Made by a program: the position numbers and the translations under genes. Below are positions 1 to 5,735 of a stretch of DNA of 20,000 nt, one piece after another. Under the pieces are notes generated by a model. That model ran no database searches and was not told where the DNA came from. It saw only the letters and a program-made list of their open reading frames with translations. The number at the start of each line of letters is the position of its first letter. The first letter of the stretch is position 1. This DNA comes from an uncultured virus (IMG/VR IMGVR_UViG_3300005573_000061) (lineage: Duplodnaviria > Heunggongvirae > Uroviricota > Caudoviricetes), in the IMG/VR virus record IMGVR_UViG_3300005573_000061. The stretch is one strand, 5' to 3'.

Positions 1-1132
1 CCAGAGTATTGAAATCGGCCTGAATCAGGTTGGTGACACGATTAGCGAAATTACGAGCACGCTTCTTGAGATTTTGAAGGCGCTTCTGACTAGCGGTGAG
101 GCTCTTAGTGCTCTGACCATTAAGATGACCCGCAACCTGCTCCAAATTCCCAGCATACTCACTAGCAGCGATAACAAAATCTGCCCACGCATCGGCATGC
201 ATTTGGAAAGTATCCGGACGAAGCCGAGCGGTGGTCCCACCAGACTTGATATCGGGAAGCTCAGGGAAAGTACCGAAAAGACGAAGCTGAGCAGCATTCA
301 AACGAGAGCCCAACTTAACCATCTTATCCTCAGCCTCAGTGAATTCACGACGGCAGATGTTACGCACCTCTCCAAGCATGCCCATCAAGGACCGCTCCGA
401 GAAATCATTACCCAAAGCATCACGTACGTAGCTACGAAGCTCATGCGCCTCATCGAAGATGACCGAATCGTATTCACCAAGCAGTGCATTGGAAAACACC
501 AGATCCATGGCGAACACTGCGTGATTGACGACCACGATATTCGCATCAGCCGAATTCTTACGAGCACGAGCGGCGCAGCAACGCAGAGCGGGATCCTTCA
601 TGCACCGATTATCACCACAAAACTCGGAATCCGAGCGGACCTTATTCCAGGTAGACCAGGGAATCTCACGCCCCATGATCGTCTCAAAAGACTCCTTCTC
701 ACCAGAAAAGGTAATCGGCTGCTCGTTAAGGATACGCAGCATCTCGCCAAGCTCAGGAGCTTCAGCGGGATCCAAACCCTCAGCACGAGAAGCACAGAAA
801 TAGTTGCTGCGGCCCTTAAGGAGAGCCCACTTAAACTTGAAATTGAAAGCCTCAGCCATAAAGCTCTCAAGAGTAGGGAGATCCTTGCTCACGATCTGGT
901 CCTGAAGAGCCTTGGTAGCGGTGGAATAAACCACTCGCTTACCGGTAAGGATCGCTGGAATAAGAGCACCATAGCTCTTGCCGGTACCACAGCCAGCCTC
1001 ACCCAGCAGGTGAGATCCAGAAGCCAAGGCCGACTCAATGGCGGTAGCCAGCCGCTCTTGCGGCTCCCGGCGCTCGTAGCCAGGGATCATATCTGCGAGT
1101 CGGGCCTCAACCTCAGCGAACGTGGTGACCAT
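1..1132 (-). CDS. dinG: DinG/YoaA-family (XPD-like) Fe-S ATP-dependent DNA helicase, N-terminal part; 3' end lies outside the window
   Basis: Manual translation from ATG at 1132 (SD GAGAGGT upstream), with no stop to the window edge: MVTTFAEVEARLADMIPGYERREPQERLA (Q motif), EAGCGTGKS (Walker A), STATKALQDQ (Ia), LKGRSNYFC ... FCGDNRCMKDPALRCC (Fe-S cysteines), VVVNHA, IFDEAH (motif II). It is absent from the ORF track; the listed + ORF 74..1138 is its in-register antisense shadow. Confidence 0.95.
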   Translation of the reverse strand, partial: MVTTFAEVEARLADMIPGYERREPQERLATAIESALASGSHLLGEAGCGTGKSYGALIPAILTGKRVVYSTATKALQDQIVSKDLPTLESFMAEAFNFKFKWALLKGRSNYFCASRAEGLDPAEAPELGEMLRILNEQPITFSGEKESFETIMGREIPWSTWNKVRSDSEFCGDNRCMKDPALRCCAARARKNSADANIVVVNHAVFAMDLVFSNALLGEYDSVIFDEAHELRSYVRDALGNDFSERSLMGMLGEVRNICRREFTEAEDKMVKLGSRLNAAQLRLFGTFPELPDIKSGGTTARLRPDTFQMHADAWADFVIAASEYAGNLEQVAGHLNGQSTKSLTASQKRLQNLKKRARNFANRVTNLIQADFNTL

Positions 1133-1464
1133 GTATAGATTCTACCTCTCTAGGGGGAAGTCTAAACCTCAATGAACAAAATTTTTGCGAGCACGCTTGG
1201 TGGCAGCGGCAGCGCTCATGCCACAACTCTCCACAACTCTACCCATCCTGTCAAGATCCTAAACATGTTCCCTTTGTCCGAATTTTAGGGCACGCCCATC
1301 CCTGATCCCGACCCTGGCGGGTGCGCCCCGTACTCTTAAACAGGTTGACCCCTTCAGCCTACCCAAGCACTGAGGGGGTCTAAACCTAAGCTACGATCAC
1401 GGCACCGGGTCTACGAGGATGGTAGGCATCGACATATCTGTATTATACCCAACCATCCCAAGAC

Positions 1465-2070
1465 TCAAACCCCACACATCAGCGATGTTTGAGGCCAAGC
1501 CGACCACCCAGCCTGAGCCAGTACCCGCTGCGCCACTGTGATTTGCTCAGAAGGACTAGTGTACTGAGGCATGGAAGCAAACTGCGCTCCCCCATTGGCT
1601 AGCCAGGTAGATTCCAGAAATTGGAGGCCACCGTAATAGCCATTTCCCGTATCGATAGACCAATTTCCTCGGGACTCATAATGGGCAATGCAAGACCAAA
1701 TTCCATAATTAGCAGCCGTTTGTACGGGCGCTGGGGTGGGTGTCACCGGTAGATACGCCACCGAATGATGGACTACCGGGGTGGGTGCAATATTTATCAA
1801 TGCCACCCTGGTTTGGAATCGCTTCGGTGGAATTCTAAAAATCTGACCAGTGAAAATCAGATTTGGATCTGCAATATGATTGAATTCGGCAAACTGCTGC
1901 CAGGTTCTTCCATAGCGAGAGGCAATCCCTGAGAGGGTGTCTCCTGTATGGACACGCACCACTGGTGTATTTGTCGAAATTGGCTGAGCAGATGCTCTAC
2001 CAGTAAATGATGCAATAAACAATGTGGCAACAAGTCCACATAAAATAGCAATTTTTGCTACTCGGCGCAT
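1465..2070 (-). CDS. rpf: Secreted resuscitation-promoting factor: signal peptide + LysM + Pro/Thr linker + Rpf (transglycosylase-like) domain, 201 aa
   Basis: Start moved to ATG 2070 (AAGGAG 6 nt upstream). Sec-type signal peptide MRRVAKIAILCGLVATLFIASFTGRASA. LysM VRVHTGDTLSGIASRYGRTWQQFAEFNHIADPNLIFTGQIFRIP (~1829-1959). Rpf signature WSCIAHYESRGNWSIDTGNGYYGGLQFLESTW...EQITVAQRVLAQAGWSAWP (~1468-1698), with the catalytic Glu present. Confidence 0.93.
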   Translation of the reverse strand: MRRVAKIAILCGLVATLFIASFTGRASAQPISTNTPVVRVHTGDTLSGIASRYGRTWQQFAEFNHIADPNLIFTGQIFRIPPKRFQTRVALINIAPTPVVHHSVAYLPVTPTPAPVQTAANYGIWSCIAHYESRGNWSIDTGNGYYGGLQFLESTWLANGGAQFASMPQYTSPSEQITVAQRVLAQAGWSAWPQTSLMCGV

Positions 2071-2173
2071 TCTTGGCTCCTTTTTAGGGGGGTTACGGTT
2101 GCGTCGAAGCATATTTTCTCTTATGCCACAACACAGTTTAGATGCGACTTGCATCCTTATGTTTGAAGCGACC

Positions 2174-2203
2174 ACGCTAGTACATGGGGCTACTGGCTGT
2201 CAA
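2174..2203 (-). promoter_or_regulatory. Putative sigma70/SigA-type promoter for rpf
   Basis: TTGACA (2203-2198) - 18 nt - TAGCGT (2179-2174, TAnnnT), about 100 nt upstream of the rpf start. Confidence 0.55.
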
Positions 2204-2204
2204 T

Positions 2205-2438
2205 TCATGGATTACTTGAATATATTTCAGCCAATCTTTGATCAAAGACCTCAAGTATTTTCAATGCTTCTGTGTCTGTATCATACTCAACCAGGAAGGG
2301 AACCTCATAAAAAAGGTTTCTAATCTTAGCTGCCAAGGAAAGACTCAAATCGTCTTTGTCTATGACAAACTCTAATTCTGATAGAATCTCATACTTTTCA
2401 GAATTATCATGCAAATACCACATGAACTTATATTTCAT
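2205..2438 (-). CDS. Small acidic hypothetical protein (77 aa)
   Basis: The ORF fills the gap between tRNA-Thr(CGU) and the rpf promoter and has AAGGA upstream of ATG. No recognisable motif. Confidence 0.65.
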   Translation of the reverse strand: MKYKFMWYLHDNSEKYEILSELEFVIDKDDLSLSLAAKIRNLFYEVPFLVEYDTDTEALKILEVFDQRLAEIYSSNP

Positions 2439-2459
2439 TTTTGATCCTTGGTGGTCTAG

Positions 2460-2531
2460 AGCTTCCTAGCGGATTCGAACCGCTTTCTTTTCTTTACGAG
2501 AGAAATGTTTTACCGAGTAAACTAAGGAAGC
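2460..2531 (-). tRNA. tRNA-Thr (anticodon CGU)
   Basis: Cloverleaf: acceptor GCTTCCT/AGGAAGC, D arm GTTT..AAAC, anticodon arm TTTCT-CT CGT AA-AGAAA, T arm AGCGG-TTCGAAT-CCGCT. No encoded CCA. Confidence 0.92.
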
Positions 2532-2545
2532 TGGGTATAAACCCC

Positions 2546-2896
2546 TTACGACAGCTTGAAATCAAGATTCTGGCCGCTCAAATTAACCAAAACGGATCCA
2601 GACTTGACATGAGGATATCCGGCTGATCCAGGTACATACTGAGTCAGTCCTGGTAGAGATAGACCAGCCTTCCCGGGAGGAGGGCTAAACAAGACGGCAC
2701 CCTTTGGGGTGTAACCACTTCCAGGCAAAAATAGCCCAAAGTCAGGACGCTTCTCTCCACCCCATGCAGGATTAGTTAGCTCAATTTTCCAGAATACAGC
2801 ATTTCCGTTACGGACTAACTCAATGCATTCATCCAAATTGTGATTTTCTACATACCAAGCGGGTGGTACTGGATTCATGATATCTACTGCTGCCAT
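2546..2896 (-). CDS. Hypothetical protein (116 aa, Pro/Gly-rich)
   Basis: Strong SD (AAGGAG) and its own promoter; lies between the two tRNA genes. No family recognised. Confidence 0.8.
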   Translation of the reverse strand: MAAVDIMNPVPPAWYVENHNLDECIELVRNGNAVFWKIELTNPAWGGEKRPDFGLFLPGSGYTPKGAVLFSPPPGKAGLSLPGLTQYVPGSAGYPHVKSGSVLVNLSGQNLDFKLS

Positions 2897-2924
2897 TTAA
2901 TTTCTCCTTTTTAGCCTCATCCCA

Positions 2925-2954
2925 AGTATAGCAAGATCCCCATGACTCAGTCAA
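2925..2954 (-). promoter_or_regulatory. Near-consensus sigma70/SigA-type promoter with extended -10
   Basis: TTGACT (2954-2949) - 18 nt ending TGC - TATACT (2930-2925), upstream of the SD of the 116-aa ORF. Confidence 0.7.
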
Positions 2955-2955
2955 G

Positions 2956-3027
2956 AGCCCACTACCTGAATCGAACAGGCATTTTTGCGTTACAAAGGCA
3001 ATGTTTTAGCCATTAAACTAAGCGGGC
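2956..3027 (-). tRNA. tRNA-Thr (anticodon UGU)
   Basis: Cloverleaf: acceptor GCCCGCT/AGTGGGC, D arm GTTT-AATGGCTA-AAAC, anticodon arm TTGCC-TT TGT AA-CGCAA (C31.C39 mismatch), T arm GCCTG-TTCGATT-CAGGT. No encoded CCA. Confidence 0.88.
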
Positions 3028-3044
3028 ATTAGCGTATTTTTTAC

Positions 3045-3362
3045 ATATATGGATACATATATGGATACTTATATGGATACATATATGGATATATATATGA
3101 ATGCTTATTATATATATAATAAAAACCATATATAGATTTAATTATTAAATACATATATATATAATAAAAATCATATATATAATAAAACTATATATAGGTA
3201 TTTATTATTATATATATATATAATAAAAATAAAAATCATATATAGATTTTAATTAAATACATATATGTTTTTATTATATATATATCTATATACTTATTAT
3301 AAAACTTATAAGGATTCATATAAGTACCCATATAGTACCTATATAGTACCTATATAGTATTC
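3045..3362. repeat. AT-rich repeat region, candidate replication origin
   Basis: Five 12-bp ATATATGGATAC-like units (3045-3104); a central near-pure A/T tract with perfect palindromes (3105-3122, 3205-3226) and a duplicated ~50-bp block; three to four 11-bp ATATAGTACCT-like units (3318-3362). Non-coding and located between divergent transcription units. Confidence 0.8.
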
Positions 3363-3402
3363 TTATTAAGAACCCATTATAGGTTGCCACACCCAAATCC
3401 AC

Positions 3403-3432
3403 TTGTCAAATCGCTACCCAGATATGTATATT
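3403..3432 (+). promoter_or_regulatory. Putative promoter for the SNF2-like operon
   Basis: TTGTCA (3403-3408) - 18 nt - TATATT (3427-3432). ATG at 3442 follows 9 nt later with no SD, suggesting a leaderless or near-leaderless mRNA. Confidence 0.5.
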
Positions 3433-3441
3433 GGCACGATA

Positions 3442-5025
3442 ATGACCACGTACAAGACACCCCCTTTTGAATTACACCCATTTCAATGGCACATAATCGA
3501 AGATGCTATCCAGTCCACATCCAAGATCATGGGAGCTGACTGTGGGATGGGCAAGGGGGTTATGTCGATTTTCGTAGCCTGCTGGCTGTACGACAATGGA
3601 CTTATTGATCATATTCTACTGGAGTGCGAAAAGAATAAATTCAATGAGTGGAAGAGCGAGCTAGCCAGATATTCCACATTTAGTGTTGCGTACCTAGATA
3701 CACCCAAGGGGAGAGACGAAGCTTTCGCTAATCCACCAGAGGTGCTTTTGGGAGTCTACGAGACAGTCCGAAACTACGCCTCAGAGCTAGCTGTAAAATC
3801 CGTAGAGGGCCGGGAACGCAAATCATGGGTGACAGGACCCCTTACCGAATCTTTGGCCGGGAAAAGAATTTTGTGGATCGCTGATGAGGGTCCAGCGAAG
3901 CTGGGTGCTAGTCGATCCTCAGCAATCTACAAATCCCATGAAAAGATGTTAAAAGATTTGCGTAAAGCTGGGTCTGTGAGGGCTCTGTCGTTGACAGCCA
4001 CTTACATCAACCGGGACCCTCTTGGGTTTATAAACTTTTGTAGATTGATGGATCCCCACATATTTCCCCGAATTGTCCAGGCCGAAGAAGAGCACGTGGT
4101 CAAAGACCAATTCAACAATCCGATATTTTTTAAAAACTTAGACGAAAACGATACTCCTGCTGGGCAGAAATCCCTAAAAGAGAAAACATCTCATTTAATC
4201 ATTTTCAAACGTAAGACCGACCCAGATGTAATTCATTTATTTCCGAAGATTGAACCATCGTTTGAGTATGTTAGAATGGGGAATCTTCAACGAGATTTTT
4301 ATAATGCAGTCCTAAAGAAGGCAAAGCAGTCTTCGGCTTTTGAGGGAGCCAATTTCTTTTCTGTTTTACGTATGATTGCGGCCCACCCGTATTCTGTGGT
4401 ACGCTCGGTTGATAACGCCATCGCTGGCAAGAAGGATCCACCCGCACTTTCCAAATATTTAGTAGACACTTTAGGAAGAGATACTTTAGCGGTAATTCCA
4501 TCAGCTAAGGTTGATCGTTTGATTGAAATTATTCAAAGCTCTGACGAGCCAGCGGTGGTGTTTACCTTCTTTGGTCAATCTGTACTCCCATTGATCCACC
4601 AGGAATTTGAAAAGAATGATATTAAAACGTCGATCAACCACGGAAGCCTTAATTATACCCAAAGGGTCAGCGCTCAGTCAGATTTTAACTCAGGCAGAAC
4701 TCAGGTCTTTCTTACTTCGGACGCTGGAGCAAGAGGAATCAACCTGCCAGCAGCAGGCAGAGTATTTAACTTTGATGTTCCTCTCACATATGCAAACTGG
4801 TGGCAACGGGTCAATAGAGCTAATCGATTGGACTCACAGAAAGCTTCCACTAATATCATAGATATGGTGGTACAGGATTCTATCGAAGAGGGGATTTTGG
4901 AATTGGGATTGAAGCGGCACGCTTGGTCTGATTCTTTAACCCCCGAAGATGAGGATTCTCCAGACTATCTATCGGCAGCACAAAGACGAGAAATAATGAA
5001 TTTTACAAAGGACATAAATGGCTGA
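3442..5025 (+). CDS. SNF2-family (SF2) helicase/ATPase with atypical motifs
   Basis: LHPFQ, GADCGMGKG (motif I), IADEGP (II), LTAT (III), SAKVDRL/VVFTFF (IV), TSDAGARGINL (V), QRVNRANR (VI), DSIEE. The start is uncertain (TTG 3403, ATG 3424 or ATG 3442). Confidence 0.88.
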   Translation: MTTYKTPPFELHPFQWHIIEDAIQSTSKIMGADCGMGKGVMSIFVACWLYDNGLIDHILLECEKNKFNEWKSELARYSTFSVAYLDTPKGRDEAFANPPEVLLGVYETVRNYASELAVKSVEGRERKSWVTGPLTESLAGKRILWIADEGPAKLGASRSSAIYKSHEKMLKDLRKAGSVRALSLTATYINRDPLGFINFCRLMDPHIFPRIVQAEEEHVVKDQFNNPIFFKNLDENDTPAGQKSLKEKTSHLIIFKRKTDPDVIHLFPKIEPSFEYVRMGNLQRDFYNAVLKKAKQSSAFEGANFFSVLRMIAAHPYSVVRSVDNAIAGKKDPPALSKYLVDTLGRDTLAVIPSAKVDRLIEIIQSSDEPAVVFTFFGQSVLPLIHQEFEKNDIKTSINHGSLNYTQRVSAQSDFNSGRTQVFLTSDAGARGINLPAAGRVFNFDVPLTYANWWQRVNRANRLDSQKASTNIIDMVVQDSIEEGILELGLKRHAWSDSLTPEDEDSPDYLSAAQRREIMNFTKDING

Positions 5026-5365
5026 GCATCTTTTTTCCTATCTAGATGAAAATTTTGAAGAATTGATTGAGGAGATTGCCCCTCGGGAGAACCTGAAATA
5101 CTTATATGAGTTTCAGATTGCTCCTACCCAGCAAGGTCCCCAACCTATCATTTTGTTTGTATTGACTGCCCCTTCCGGCGTGCTAGGTCAAGAGGTTTTG
5201 TCGATTCGTCCTATGCCTTTAGCTTTGGCATCGAACCCAGATGCCATCAAGTCTTTGCTTCGGGATATATGGGCAGAGATGCAAGCCCAGCGTGCTGATG
5301 TGTTGGGGCAAAATCATGATAATGCAATTGATGTAAATTCCAAGTTGATCGTTCCGGGGAAATAA
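5018..5365 (+). CDS. Hypothetical protein (115 aa, acidic)
   Basis: Overlaps the helicase stop by 8 nt; SD AAGGA; protein-like composition. Confidence 0.8.
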   Translation: MAEHLFSYLDENFEELIEEIAPRENLKYLYEFQIAPTQQGPQPIILFVLTAPSGVLGQEVLSIRPMPLALASNPDAIKSLLRDIWAEMQAQRADVLGQNHDNAIDVNSKLIVPGK

Positions 5366-5369
5366 GTAA

Positions 5370-5735
5370 ATGGAAATAGTCAACGGGGAACAAGAGCTTC
5401 GGGAAATTATCCACAACTATCTAGAAGAATCTTTCAAAGATGAGCCGGGTAAAATTTCATACAGCGTTACTCTAATCAATAGTACCCATCTATGTAGAAA
5501 CCACGGCATAGAGATTACCCCGTGTTATAGGGTTGCTATTTTCTTTAATACTCAAGATGAAACGGAAGCAGTTTTTAGAGCCGATGATATATTTGATGTT
5601 GTACTAGCGCATCAACAGATTGTTGAATGGTTAGATGACATTGTGGATTCCTATCGAATCGGTAGTTTGGAGTTGTCTCTTTTACATTCTGATCAAACCC
5701 ATGATTATTACGATCAGGAAGATACTGATAATTAG
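5370..5735 (+). CDS. Hypothetical protein (121 aa, strongly acidic)
   Basis: Starts 4 nt after the previous stop. Its stop codon overlaps the stop of the convergent 1594-aa gene. Confidence 0.8.
   Translation: MEIVNGEQELREIIHNYLEESFKDEPGKISYSVTLINSTHLCRNHGIEITPCYRVAIFFNTQDETEAVFRADDIFDVVLAHQQIVEWLDDIVDSYRIGSLELSLLHSDQTHDYYDQEDTDN

Noticed and set aside
74..1138. 354-aa plus-strand ORF
   Set aside because: It is the in-register antisense shadow of dinG, open only because dinG avoids TTA/CTA/TCA, and it has no recognisable motifs.
1172..1272. LexA/SOS box upstream of dinG
   Set aside because: The closest matches (GAAC-AAAA-TTTT; AAAC-AT-GTTC) deviate too far from GAAC-N4-GTTC.
1370..1410. 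c-di-GMP-I riboswitch (GGTCTAA...CTACGA resemblance)
   Set aside because: The upstream GGCAAA/GNRA/GACGCAAAGC elements are absent, and the orientation does not lead into a gene.
2071..2175. Longer rpf start (2175) given in the ORF track
   Set aside because: ATG 2070 has a strong SD and directly begins a signal peptide; the extension overlaps the predicted promoter and leader.
2460..3027. Prophage attachment site at a tRNA, with dinG and rpf as host genes
   Set aside because: There is no integrase and no duplicated tRNA 3' end. ORFans and similar promoters occur on both sides. Not fully excluded without flanking sequence.
3045..3362. CRISPR array
   Set aside because: The repeats are 11-12 bp, tandem and low complexity, with no unique spacers and no cas genes.
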